Positions 1-9,543 of a stretch of DNA of 64,000 nt are shown one piece after another. The notes under the pieces were generated by a model, which was not told the DNA's origin, made no database searches, and saw nothing but the letters and a program-made list of their open reading frames with translations. Made by a program: the position numbers and the translations under genes. How positions within the stretch are numbered: the stretch's first letter is position 1; the number at the start of each line of letters is the position of its first letter. The stretch spans positions 608,001-672,000 of the forward strand of contig JASGJH010000001.1 in the NCBI GenBank assembly GCA_047601445.1, in the 5' to 3' direction. The DNA comes from Myxococcales bacterium. GTDB lineage: Bacteria; Myxococcota_A; Polyangia; Polyangiales; DASUME01.

Positions 1-1046
1 TGTCGCGGATCGGTCAGGGCGCGTTGCGCGTCGCCGAGCGCCGAATCTGCGCGTCCCTCCGCGAGCGCACGTCGCGCGTTCGGCAAGTTGGGAGCCTGCA
101 CGGGAGCGGGCAGGGCGGCTGTCTGCGGCGCCATGGGCGGGAGCTTGGAGTCAGCCCCATCGGGTGCGGTCGGCGCTTGCACGGGCGCGGGAGGCGTCTC
201 CGGTGCCGGCAGCGCCTGGACGGTGGCCTTGGTCGCAGCCTCGCGGCTGCGCAATTCAACGTCAGCCTCGCGGCTGCGCAAATCAACATCAGCCTCGCGG
301 CTGCGCAAATCAACATCAGCCTCGCGGCTGCGCAAATCAACGTCAGCCTCGCGGCTGCGGTCTTCGTGGTCCTGCGCGTGGGTCGCAGCCTCGCCGCTGC
401 CCGCTTTACCGGCCGTTCCGGGGCTGCGCGCTTGGGCTGCGGCATGGGCCTCGGAGGCAAGTCGGTCGGGACCTGGTGTACTGCCGCGGCGCGAAGACCA
501 TGTGGATCCCGCGCCCAGCTGCGTGTGCGGCAGACGAACGCGTCCTTCGTAGACGCGCACCAAAGTTTCTTCCGGCGTCACCTCCACGCTGAACACGGTG
601 CCCACCACATGGACCTCCGCGTCCCTCGCGAGGACCGCGAAGTCTTCTCCGGGGCGCAGCTTCTTCACATCGAACAGCACGGCTCCGGTGCCCACGCGCA
701 CGCGCCGCTCGCGCGTCGTCTGCGACAGCAGCTCGAGCTCGGCGCCAGGCGCAACCGTCAGCGCATCGCCCGCCAGCAGCGCGATGCGCAACGGCGGATC
801 CGCGGCATCCACGCTCAGCGTCGTCCCGTGGCTCCACAGGCCGTGAACTGCCCACCACATGCAAGGCACGAGAGCCGCCGCGAGCGCGAGCCAACGCAGC
901 GGAGAGCGTGGCCTGCGGGTCGGCGCGGGAGCGCTGAGGGCCGCGCGCACCATGCGGCGCGCCTCGAGGTCGGAGAGCGGCGTAGGCTCCATGGCTCGCG
1001 CGCGTTCGATCAAGTGATCCAGGTCATAGCGAGGCGACGGTGTCAT
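1..1046 (-). CDS. FecR-domain anti-sigma factor-like membrane protein (3' end runs off the window)
   Basis: Not in the ORF track. ATG at 1046 overlaps the sigma-factor stop (ATGA). Reads MTPSPRYDLDHLIERA..., a TM segment WLALAAALVPCMWW, a FecR-like core GAVLFDVKK...AEVHVVGTVFSVEV...VRVYEGRV, then a Pro/Ala-rich linker; open to the window edge. Confidence 0.8.
   Translation of the reverse strand, partial: MTPSPRYDLDHLIERARAMEPTPLSDLEARRMVRAALSAPAPTRRPRSPLRWLALAAALVPCMWWAVHGLWSHGTTLSVDAADPPLRIALLAGDALTVAPGAELELLSQTTRERRVRVGTGAVLFDVKKLRPGEDFAVLARDAEVHVVGTVFSVEVTPEETLVRVYEGRVRLPHTQLGAGSTWSSRRGSTPGPDRLASEAHAAAQARSPGTAGKAGSGEAATHAQDHEDRSREADVDLRSREADVDLRSREADVDLRSREADVELRSREAATKATVQALPAPETPPAPVQAPTAPDGADSKLPPMAPQTAALPAPVQAPNLPNARRALAEGRADSALGDAQRALTDPR
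236..359. repeat. 27-bp tandem repeat, about 4.5 copies, encoding (RSREADVDL)n in the FecR-like protein
   Basis: Unit cagcctcgcggctgcgcaaatcaacat repeated with 1-2 substitutions per copy. Confidence 0.95.
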
Positions 1047-1621
1047 CGCGAACCTCCTGTCGCTCCTGCGCCGAGCAGGCGCGCCAACTCCTCGCGCGCG
1101 TGCATGAGCCGCGAACGCATCGAGCCCGCGCTGGTGCCCACCACCTCCGCGGCCTCCTGGGGTGAGAGGCCTTCGATGGCGCACAGCACGAACGCGGTGC
1201 GTCGCTTCTCGGGCAGCCTCTCGATGCAGCGATACAGGCGCGCCAGGCCCTCACGCTCGGACAGCGCGGCGTCCGGGGCCGGCTCGCCGCTGGGGCGCGT
1301 CTCGACGTCGAGAGCAACCTCCGAACGCCCGCGGCGGAAGTATCGGTAGGCCACGCGGACGGTGATGCGGTGTGCGAACGTGTCTAGGCTCGCGCGGCCT
1401 TCGAAGTTCGGCAGGGCCTGGGCCAGCGCGATCAGGGTCTCCTGGGTAGCGTCGTCGAGGGCGGCGCCAGGTCCCAGCATGCGCAGCAGCCAGCGCCGTA
1501 CCTGGGGCAGGAGCGAAAGCAATGTGCGGGACAGCTCGGATTGCGTGTCGACGCGCACCAGGGGCACGCGCTCGCGCTCGGAGCGCTCCTTGGTGGGATC
1601 GAGGTCAGGCTTTTGGGTCAC
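1043..1621 (-). CDS. ECF-family RNA polymerase sigma factor
   Basis: Region 2 (DDATQETLIAL...FEGRASLDTFAHRI) and region 4 (LPEKRRTAFVLCAIEGLSPQEAAEVVG...MRSRLMHAR). Confidence 0.92.
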   Translation of the reverse strand: MTQKPDLDPTKERSERERVPLVRVDTQSELSRTLLSLLPQVRRWLLRMLGPGAALDDATQETLIALAQALPNFEGRASLDTFAHRITVRVAYRYFRRGRSEVALDVETRPSGEPAPDAALSEREGLARLYRCIERLPEKRRTAFVLCAIEGLSPQEAAEVVGTSAGSMRSRLMHAREELARLLGAGATGGSR

Positions 1622-2808
1622 ATCCTCACCTCGAGGCCAATGCTCGGATCCACCACGGGGAGCCGCGCAGGGAACAGATAGTGCACCGTAAGGCCCAAGG
1701 TCAGGCCCACGGCGGAGCGAACCCGGTAGCCCGCCAGCAGGCCGCCGCGGACCTCGCCGAGCCCCGAGGTGATGCTTGGTGGGGTAGAGCCGCCAAAGCT
1801 CCCGGCGGGGGCGACTACATTGACGCGTCCCATGCCTGCACCCCCCAGCAGGGAAAACCAGGGGCCCACGGCGCGCGGACGGGTCAGCTCGACCTCGGCC
1901 TGCAGGCCGAACAAAAAGGTGCCGCCCGGCGGAGCGAGCCGCCCCGTGAGGGCAAGCGCCACCCGCGACGAAAGCTGGAGGCCGAGCGCCACGTCGAGGG
2001 CGGGCGCAAGCTTGAAGCCGTCGGCGGCGAGGTTGGCCTTGCAGTCATCGGCGGAGACGGCGCCGCCGCTCCCCTGGACCTCACGCACCCGGCAGTCGTA
2101 GCCGGCGCCCGCCAGTGACTGGCTCACGCGCTCGATCCGCTGGCTGCCCATCAGCCCACTGGCCGAGTTGGCGGCGTCAGTCATCACGCCGGTCGGAGGA
2201 AGCTGATTCAAGCGTTGACCGCTCTGCAGGAACGCGAATCCGAGCACCCCCGACATGCGCAGGAACACGCGGCGCTTTCGGGGAGCCGTGGAGGAAGGCG
2301 CGGCCACTGGATGCTGCGCGGGTTGTGGTGGCGCCGCCGGTCGTGTTTGCGCTGGGCCCTCGGGGGACTTGGACGCGTTCGCCGGGTAGGAAGTCGCCGG
2401 GACGCGACCGAGTGCCTCGAGCGCGAGACTCGACGCCACACTCGCGAACACGAGCGGCTCGATGTGATCGAAGGGCACCGGCAGCGGAGCCTCGAGGGGG
2501 TGGTCACGGTCGCCATGCAGGGCGCGCACCCGCGCAGGGGCCTCGGGCTCGATCCAGAGGACCGCCGCGAGGCCGTGCTCACGCATGGCATGTTGGGCGG
2601 CTGCGGCGCGGTCGAGTGGGCCTTCCCCGTTCGGGAACGGGAAGCTACCGAGCCAAACATCGTAACCGCGAAGGGCGATCGCGAGGGCAGCCGCGTGCTC
2701 ACCGGCCCGCAAGTCGCTCGAGAGAAGCCCCACCTCTTCGGCGTGCACCGGGGGAGCGAGCACGCCGAAGAGGCTGAGCACCACAAGCAAAGCGCCAAGC
2801 AAGTTCAT
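1618..2808 (-). CDS. Secreted protein with a probable C-terminal outer-membrane beta-barrel
   Basis: Signal peptide (...APPVHA), Pro-rich linker, amphipathic beta-strand C-terminus; stop overlaps the sigma-factor start. Confidence 0.65.
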   Translation of the reverse strand: MNLLGALLVVLSLFGVLAPPVHAEEVGLLSSDLRAGEHAAALAIALRGYDVWLGSFPFPNGEGPLDRAAAAQHAMREHGLAAVLWIEPEAPARVRALHGDRDHPLEAPLPVPFDHIEPLVFASVASSLALEALGRVPATSYPANASKSPEGPAQTRPAAPPQPAQHPVAAPSSTAPRKRRVFLRMSGVLGFAFLQSGQRLNQLPPTGVMTDAANSASGLMGSQRIERVSQSLAGAGYDCRVREVQGSGGAVSADDCKANLAADGFKLAPALDVALGLQLSSRVALALTGRLAPPGGTFLFGLQAEVELTRPRAVGPWFSLLGGAGMGRVNVVAPAGSFGGSTPPSITSGLGEVRGGLLAGYRVRSAVGLTLGLTVHYLFPARLPVVDPSIGLEVRM

Positions 2809-2950
2809 CGCCCGAACAGTGCGGGCTGGAGAGGGCCGCGTTCCAAAAAAGATTCGAACGTCCGTGCGTGCCCTGCGATTTATGGTTCACCCCAGGCATT
2901 CACCCCAAGGTGTTGCCGCGAGCCCTTGGGCGCGTAGTCCGCCGGAGCCC

Positions 2951-5900
2951 TTATTCACTCGCCACCAACGTGACGCCCGGAGCCTGACTCTTGCGAGCTG
3001 GCTCGTAGTAGGGATAGACCTCGGCTCCGCCGTCGCTGGCTTTGACGGGCATGGTGGCACGCAAGCGATACTGGAAGCTGCGCACCTCGTCGGTCTCGAG
3101 GGAGCTGACGTACAAGATGAGTTGTCGCGGCGTGAGCTCGTACTTCGACAGGGAGTGCGCGCTCACGTAGGCGTCGAGATCGTCGGTCTGTACCTCGAAG
3201 CCTGGCGGAATGCCGACGTCCACCAGGATCATGTCGGCCCTGCCACCGCTCTGATTGGTGATCGCCACCGTGGCCCGAGCCAGGTCATTCACGGCCAGCT
3301 GCGTGCGGTCGTAGCTCACGCCCACGGCGAGCGGCGCAGCCGGCTGTGCAGGCACCTGATTCCAGGGCAGGTGGTAGCCGCTGACCAAGTTGTAGCTGAG
3401 CTTGCCGGTGCCCGCGAAGGTCAGCGTCACGTCGTGGGCGCCCGTGGTCGCGACCGAAGCCAAATCGATGGTGGTCAGCACGTCCGATTGGTCTGCTGTG
3501 AACGGCACCTGGGCAAGAGGCTGACCGTCGACCAAGACGCTCAGATCACCGAGGGCCGGCGAGCTGCCCTTGCGCGCCGCGAGCAGCAGCGTCTTGAGGG
3601 TCCAGATGGTGGCCTGAGTGGAGCCGAAATTGCCGGCCTGATCGCGTGAAGCAACCAGCGACTCGATGGCGCCTTTCACGAGGTCGGGATACGCACCTGC
3701 GTTGAGCAACGCGTGGGCGACCAGCGCCGTGGTCGTCACCGCTGCGTCATTGCCAGCACCATAGAAGCTCGTCTGGGTGCCGCCCGTATCCCAGCTCAGC
3801 TTGCTCCCGTCCACCTTTTTGAGCCCGTCGAGCGCAGCCAGCACCGAGTCCAGGGTTTCGTCGCTCGCGGCGGCGCTCGCGAAGGCGTTGGCCACCATCG
3901 CCAGTGTGTACGCGTCCTTGGCGTCGTCGTTCCAGTGCGCTCGCAAGTAAGAGAGACCCCGGCCGATGTCGTCGCCTTGATGTCCCGCGCTCGACAGAGC
4001 CCACACCACGAATGCCGTGTTGCGCACCAGGCTGGTCTGGAAGTCGAAGAACTCGGTCTGGTCGCCCTGCCAGCTGCCGTCGCCCTGTTGCTGGCCCACC
4101 AACCATGTGATCGTCCGCGTGAGCATGGCGTCGTCCACCTCGAAGACCGCCGCCATGTCCGCGAACTCCATCACACCGAAGGCGGTGACCGACAGGTACG
4201 GATGCCCGTCCTGGGTGCCGAACCAGGAGAAGCCGCCGGTCGGGTGCTCGTACGTGAGCAGACGTTGATAGCCCGCGGAGATGTAGCTCTCGGCCTTGAG
4301 CTCGATCTCCGGCGTGATCTGTTGAGTATCGCGCATGTAGCGCAGCACGAGGACGTTGGGCCAGGTGGTGCTCGTGGTCTGCTCGAAGCAGCCGTAGGGC
4401 GCCTGCAGCATGGTGTCCATACCGGAGACCACCGAGCTGAGGAAGGCGGGGAACACGGACAACGAGAGCTCCTGCGAACCGGGCACCGCGTTGTTTGGAT
4501 AGCTTACGCTCAAATGCTGGCTGCCCGCGCCGAGCGCGCCCGACTGGGCTGCGGGGAACGCCTTGCCGTCCGCCACCACGCGCACCGAACGCTCCACCGC
4601 ATCCGAGCGCTGCTTGCCGACCGCCTTCGCGGTCAGCGTGTGCACACCGACGTCGTCGACCCTGACCGGGAATGAGACTCCTTGCACGGCGTTGGCAGCG
4701 AGCTCCACGGTGGTCGAGGTCGCGCCGATCGGCGTGTACCAGTCGCTCGCTTGAAGCGTAACCGTGACGCTCTGGGGCTCGTCGAGATAGTTGTAGAGCG
4801 CGATCGGGAAGGTCACCTCATCGCCACGCGTGAGCTCGGCCGGGAATGCGATGTCCACGAAGAAATCCTGGAACACCGTCACGCCGTGGCTGCCGCCGCC
4901 GAGCGTGCCGTCGAGGGCGTTGGCGAGCGACGAGACGCGCCACTCGGTGATGCTGTCGGCCAGCGGCACCTCCACGGTGGCCGTCCCATTCGGATCGGTG
5001 ATCAGCGCAGGATTCACGTACAGCGTTTCGGGAAACTCGCGGCGCACGCGGGGCTCCCCGGTGCTCGGACCGGACTCGGGTTCGGGGCTGCTGATGCCCG
5101 CGTCGCCGAAGTTCCCGGGATTCCCCGCGTGCTCTTCCGGGGCGAAGTCGAGATCGCCGTCGTCAAACTCGCCGTCCGCCGCCGCAACATCCAGGCTGGG
5201 CAACGTGGGCGCGTTGACCGTCACACTGCAGTCGTCGTCCGTGCCGTTCACTTCGTCGGGACCACGCGAGAGCAAGCTGAGCGTGTTGTAACCAGGTTGC
5301 ACCTGGTAGCTTCGACCCCAGGGGTCCGCGGCGCCCCAGTGGGTCTCCACGTAGTCGACCAACAGGCTTGCGTAGCTGTTGCCCAGGTTCTCGCAGTAGC
5401 TCTGGGATGAGCAGCCTTTGGACGCTAGCCAGCGCTGTCCGCGCTTCACGAGCCTGCGCACCTCTGCTTCGAGTTGCTTGCCCTCGGACTCGAGTGACGG
5501 CGCGAGCAACGTCTTCATGCGCTGCAGCGTCGCGCTCCAAGAACCCGCGTGCAGGCCCGTCACTCCCATGTCGCCGAGCGCCGCGAAGCTAGCTCGCGCG
5601 CGCTCCTGGGCCGCCGCGTTCTTGGCTTGATCGTCGCTGCGCGTGTCGTCGAACAGCAGACTCTCCACCGATCCCGCCGGAGCCCCGATCTGATAGTGCG
5701 GCTCGGCGAACGCGTCATCGAGCTCGAAGTAGGTCCGGAGCAGACCGGGCTTGGCGTCGACCAGTGCGAACACCGCCTCGTCCACGATTTGCACACCGAG
5801 GGCCGCCACCTTCGGTTGGCCCGCGGCATCCGTCACCGAGAACGTCAGCTTGGCGGGCTGACCTGGCTCGTACTGCGGCTTGTCCGTGGCGAGTTCGATG

Positions 5901-7912
5901 CGGAGTCCGCCGCCCTCGCGCACGAAGATCGTGCTGCCCGCGCGCACCACCTGTCCTCCATTGTCCACCACGTAGGCCTCCACGCGGTTGTTCCCGGCGA
6001 GCGCCGTGTCCAGTGGGAAGTCGAAGTGGGCCTTGCGCCCGTTGTCTTCCAGCGTCTCCAGCGTGCGTTGGTCCACGGCCTGGCCTTCATGGAGCCAATC
6101 CACGTAGACTCTGCCCGGATCGGTGGTGGTGATGTCGATGCCGACAGTCTCTCCCACGTCGTAGACCGCGCGATCGGTGCGCACGAGCACGTGCTCCTTG
6201 CCGACCTGGTTGCCGAACGTGAACGTCTGAGAGAGGACCTCGAGAGAGGGCAGCGTGGTGGTGGTGAGGATACCCCCGGTGGAGCTGGCCTCGGGCGTGA
6301 GCTCGGCCACCGCTTGTCCGAAGGCATCCGTGACGACGTTGTCCGTGTTGCCGTCGAGCTTGAGCTGCACGCTGGCATTCGCGACCGGGCCGCCTCCAGG
6401 ATCGGAGACGAACACTTGCACGCGATTGGGGACACCGGGCACGAGCGTCGTGGCCTCGGGCACGAGCACCACATTGGCGGCCTGTGCTGCGACCGTCACG
6501 GCCACGTCTTTCTCGACAATCTGCCCCGCCGCGTCCGTGACCTTCACGTGCAGCGACACGAGGGCTTGGCCCTGCTCGAGCGGCAGGCCCACGAGAGCGC
6601 GGGGCAGGGCGACCTCGAAGGGGAAGCGCCCATCGGCCGCGGTTTTGCCCACCACGCGCGCGAACGCGTTGGAGCCCAAGTCCAGGCTCGACGCGGTGAT
6701 TTCCACATCGCCTGCGCTCACGTGCTTGCCGAAGAAGTAGCGCGCGTCCACCGTGCCTTGGACCTTGTCTGCGGGGCGGTACCAGACTTTGTCGAGGTGC
6801 GTGTCCAACGCGAACTTAGGCAGCACGTAGCGGGAGACCTCGAAAGTCTTCTGCGCATCGACGTCGCCCACCACCGCGTGGACCTGGAACGTGCCGAGGT
6901 TCAGCACGCTGCCCAGGCGAAACTCCACGGAAGCGATGCCGTAGGCGTCGCTCTGAAGGTCGCGCTTGAAAATCTTGTTGCCCTTGCCGTCGAGGATTTC
7001 GAAGCGCACCGGGACTTGCGCTACCGGTTCGTTGGATCCCTTGCGCAGCGAGAGCGCGCGCAGGTGGACGTTCTGCCCGGGCTGATAGATGGGTTTGTCC
7101 GTGGTGAGCAAGAGCCGTGAGCCCCCGGACTCCACGTTCACCGCTTGCTCCACGTCCGCGTGGGTACCGCAACTCTCGGCCTGCGCGCTGATCTGATAGT
7201 CACCGGCGTCGTCGAGGGAAAGCTCGAAGAACGCATCGCCGCGTGCGTCGGTTTGCGCGCTGAGTCGCTTCGCTTCCGCGTCGCCCCGCTTCAGCAAGAG
7301 CACCACGGGAGCCCCGGGCACCGGCGCGAACGACTTCGGATCGTGAGCGCGCACTCGGTAGCTCACGTTCTTGCCGGCGGACATTCGGGCCGGACCTTCG
7401 AGCCGAACTTCGTAGCGGGGCAGGGCGCTGAATGCGCTGCGCGTAACCGAAAGACCGCCGTTCTCGCCGTCGTGGATGTGCACGTTGAACGCCACCAGCT
7501 CGGCTTGTTCCACGATGGCTTGGGGCAAGTGCAAGCTGGCCTCGAACTCGCCCTGGGACTGCTTGGTGAGGTCCACTCGGAGTGGCCCCGCATCGAGCAC
7601 GCCGTCTCCCACCACGGGCACGAGCTCGAGCTTGAGCTCGGTGGCGACCCCCTTGGAAGTGACGCGCTGAACCGGCACCGTGAGGCGCAGCTCCTGGCCC
7701 TCGACGCGCGCGCGGATGGCGCCTTCGTCCACCGCCACCAGAGCGTTCTGGGCGCGGTCCTGGTCCGTCGCGGGAGAGGGCTCGTGATCGCGACCACAGG
7801 CGCCGAGCGCGAGCGCCAGACTAATGATGGCGGTCAGAGGACTTGAAGCGGGGCGGGCGGCTAGCATGGCCGGGGCCCGTTGCACGACCTGAGCCAACCT
7901 CGAATGGGCCAA
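2951..7912 (-). CDS. Alpha-2-macroglobulin family thioester lipoprotein
   Basis: Lipobox LALGAC; MG2 motif TDKPIYQPGQ; RREFPETLY and LADSITEWR; thioester APYGCFEQTTS; receptor-binding domain MILVDVGIPPGF...YPYYEP. Start may be ATG 7867. Confidence 0.93.
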   Translation of the reverse strand: MAHSRLAQVVQRAPAMLAARPASSPLTAIISLALALGACGRDHEPSPATDQDRAQNALVAVDEGAIRARVEGQELRLTVPVQRVTSKGVATELKLELVPVVGDGVLDAGPLRVDLTKQSQGEFEASLHLPQAIVEQAELVAFNVHIHDGENGGLSVTRSAFSALPRYEVRLEGPARMSAGKNVSYRVRAHDPKSFAPVPGAPVVLLLKRGDAEAKRLSAQTDARGDAFFELSLDDAGDYQISAQAESCGTHADVEQAVNVESGGSRLLLTTDKPIYQPGQNVHLRALSLRKGSNEPVAQVPVRFEILDGKGNKIFKRDLQSDAYGIASVEFRLGSVLNLGTFQVHAVVGDVDAQKTFEVSRYVLPKFALDTHLDKVWYRPADKVQGTVDARYFFGKHVSAGDVEITASSLDLGSNAFARVVGKTAADGRFPFEVALPRALVGLPLEQGQALVSLHVKVTDAAGQIVEKDVAVTVAAQAANVVLVPEATTLVPGVPNRVQVFVSDPGGGPVANASVQLKLDGNTDNVVTDAFGQAVAELTPEASSTGGILTTTTLPSLEVLSQTFTFGNQVGKEHVLVRTDRAVYDVGETVGIDITTTDPGRVYVDWLHEGQAVDQRTLETLEDNGRKAHFDFPLDTALAGNNRVEAYVVDNGGQVVRAGSTIFVREGGGLRIELATDKPQYEPGQPAKLTFSVTDAAGQPKVAALGVQIVDEAVFALVDAKPGLLRTYFELDDAFAEPHYQIGAPAGSVESLLFDDTRSDDQAKNAAAQERARASFAALGDMGVTGLHAGSWSATLQRMKTLLAPSLESEGKQLEAEVRRLVKRGQRWLASKGCSSQSYCENLGNSYASLLVDYVETHWGAADPWGRSYQVQPGYNTLSLLSRGPDEVNGTDDDCSVTVNAPTLPSLDVAAADGEFDDGDLDFAPEEHAGNPGNFGDAGISSPEPESGPSTGEPRVRREFPETLYVNPALITDPNGTATVEVPLADSITEWRVSSLANALDGTLGGGSHGVTVFQDFFVDIAFPAELTRGDEVTFPIALYNYLDEPQSVTVTLQASDWYTPIGATSTTVELAANAVQGVSFPVRVDDVGVHTLTAKAVGKQRSDAVERSVRVVADGKAFPAAQSGALGAGSQHLSVSYPNNAVPGSQELSLSVFPAFLSSVVSGMDTMLQAPYGCFEQTTSTTWPNVLVLRYMRDTQQITPEIELKAESYISAGYQRLLTYEHPTGGFSWFGTQDGHPYLSVTAFGVMEFADMAAVFEVDDAMLTRTITWLVGQQQGDGSWQGDQTEFFDFQTSLVRNTAFVVWALSSAGHQGDDIGRGLSYLRAHWNDDAKDAYTLAMVANAFASAAASDETLDSVLAALDGLKKVDGSKLSWDTGGTQTSFYGAGNDAAVTTTALVAHALLNAGAYPDLVKGAIESLVASRDQAGNFGSTQATIWTLKTLLLAARKGSSPALGDLSVLVDGQPLAQVPFTADQSDVLTTIDLASVATTGAHDVTLTFAGTGKLSYNLVSGYHLPWNQVPAQPAAPLAVGVSYDRTQLAVNDLARATVAITNQSGGRADMILVDVGIPPGFEVQTDDLDAYVSAHSLSKYELTPRQLILYVSSLETDEVRSFQYRLRATMPVKASDGGAEVYPYYEPARKSQAPGVTLVASE

Positions 7913-8072
7913 TTTTACGAGACTTTTGTGGGTTCACCCCGACACGCCCTGAGTCAGATGCCGAACGCTTTGGGCCAGCCTGTGCCAGCGCAAACGTGGG
8001 AGCGCGAACCCAACTCGGGCGCGAACCATGGCGGGGGCTTCGCCCCGTCGTGGGGAGGGCGCTGCGGGCGCG

Positions 8073-8561
8073 TCAGTCCTGCACGAGCATGTAGCTGATC
8101 GTGTAGTGACCCTCGCAGGGAGGCGAGTCCTGGCCGGCACTCTCGAAGTGGACGGTGCCGCTGACGACCACCGGGCTCAGCTGGGTCAGCATGCCGCTGA
8201 TTTCGGTGGTGAGGTTGATGAGCTCGCAGTGCGAGCTGCCGGTGGAGGTGCACTGGTCGGCGCTCGTGGCCGTCGAGTTCGCCGTACAGCCGGGGGGGTG
8301 CCACCACGCGCCCTTCGCGAGGTTGTAGGTCTGCGGTGGCAGGTCACCGCACGTCCCGTCCAACCTCACGTACGCCACCAGGACCGTTCCCGTGAGCTCG
8401 TCGATGTCGCAGTCCGTGAAGCCGGCGTCGGCACGCGCCGCATCCTGGCCTGCGTCGTGCTGGTGTTGGTCGCCCGAGTTCGAATCCCCACAGCCTTCGC
8501 AGCACACGAGCAAGCGAATGGCCTGAAGCGCAGCTCGAAGGGACCGTGGATGCACCTGCAT
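8073..8561 (-). CDS. Cys-rich putative lipoprotein/secreted protein
   Basis: 3' part of the 490-aa track ORF. ATG 8561 follows the BKACE stop; GCGDS lipobox-like motif, DAG repeats and paired Cys are typical of myxobacterial lipoproteins. Confidence 0.55.
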   Translation of the reverse strand: MQVHPRSLRAALQAIRLLVCCEGCGDSNSGDQHQHDAGQDAARADAGFTDCDIDELTGTVLVAYVRLDGTCGDLPPQTYNLAKGAWWHPPGCTANSTATSADQCTSTGSSHCELINLTTEISGMLTQLSPVVVSGTVHFESAGQDSPPCEGHYTISYMLVQD

Positions 8562-8569
8562 CCTTGATA

Positions 8570-9427
8570 TTACGCGATTCCGATCAAGCTGCGGGCCTCG
8601 GCAGGGCTCGCGATCTCGCGTCCGACTTCGCGCGCCACGCGAACCAGGGTCTCGATGAGCTGACCGTTGCCCGAGCTCTTCTCCCCGCTGGGGAGATAGA
8701 ACGTGTCCTCCACGCCGGTGCGCAGCATGCCTCCCAGCTCGGCGACCTTGCGCTGCAAGGGCCAAATGTCCTGACGTCCAATGGCGGTGACCTGCCAGTT
8801 GGAACCCGGCTTGATGAGCTTCAGCAGAATCGGCAGCAAATCCGGATCGGCGGGCATGCCTGACTCCACACCCATCACGAAGTTGTACTCGGGATGTCGG
8901 GTGAGCCCAGCGTCGGCGTAGAGGCCCACGCAGCGCACGATGCCCACGTCGAAGCACTCGAACTCGGGCACGGTGTTCGTCTTGGCCATCGCCTTCAGGA
9001 AGCGCTCGACCTTCTCGACCCCGTTGTCGAACAACATGGGAGGCCAGGCCCAGGAGCCATCGGACTTCACCTTCAAATAGTTGAGTGAGCCCGCGTTGCA
9101 GGCCGCCATCTCGGGCTTCACGCGCTCGAGGCAGCCCAGGGGACCCGAAATGTCGGGACCCACCGTGCCAGTGGTCATGTTGATGATCACGCCGGGGCAG
9201 GCGTCGCGAATGGCTTGGGTGACCTCGGCGGCCACCTCGGGATCCCAGCTCGGCAGGTGTCCCAGGCCCGGCGTGGGGTTGCGGTAGTGCACATGCATCA
9301 CCGAGGCCCCCGCGTCGAAGGCTTCCTTGGCGCTCTTGGCCATCTCGGAGGCGGTCACCGGGACCGGATGCTGCTTGGGGTTGGTGAGCACTCCCGTGAG
9401 GGCACAGGTCACGACGGCTTTCTGCAT
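8570..9427 (-). CDS. Beta-keto acid cleavage enzyme (BKACE/DUF849, 3-keto-5-aminohexanoate cleavage family)
   Basis: VVTCALTG, PVTASEMA, AGASVMHVHYR, NAGSLN, PEFECFD, RTGVEDT motifs; start taken at MQKAVV. Confidence 0.92.
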   Translation of the reverse strand: MQKAVVTCALTGVLTNPKQHPVPVTASEMAKSAKEAFDAGASVMHVHYRNPTPGLGHLPSWDPEVAAEVTQAIRDACPGVIINMTTGTVGPDISGPLGCLERVKPEMAACNAGSLNYLKVKSDGSWAWPPMLFDNGVEKVERFLKAMAKTNTVPEFECFDVGIVRCVGLYADAGLTRHPEYNFVMGVESGMPADPDLLPILLKLIKPGSNWQVTAIGRQDIWPLQRKVAELGGMLRTGVEDTFYLPSGEKSSGNGQLIETLVRVAREVGREIASPAEARSLIGIA

Positions 9428-9543
9428 GGGGAGCAGTATGCCGTCGCCCCGTGGTCGAAACAATGAATGAGTATTCATTCTGTGGCGATTTCGGAGCGAG
9501 CGATACTTGCGGGCTTCCGTGCGCATCTGTACAGTGCTGATCC

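Noticed and set aside
236..359. CRISPR-like array
   Set aside because: Repeats are contiguous with no spacers, lie in frame in a CDS, and there are no cas genes.
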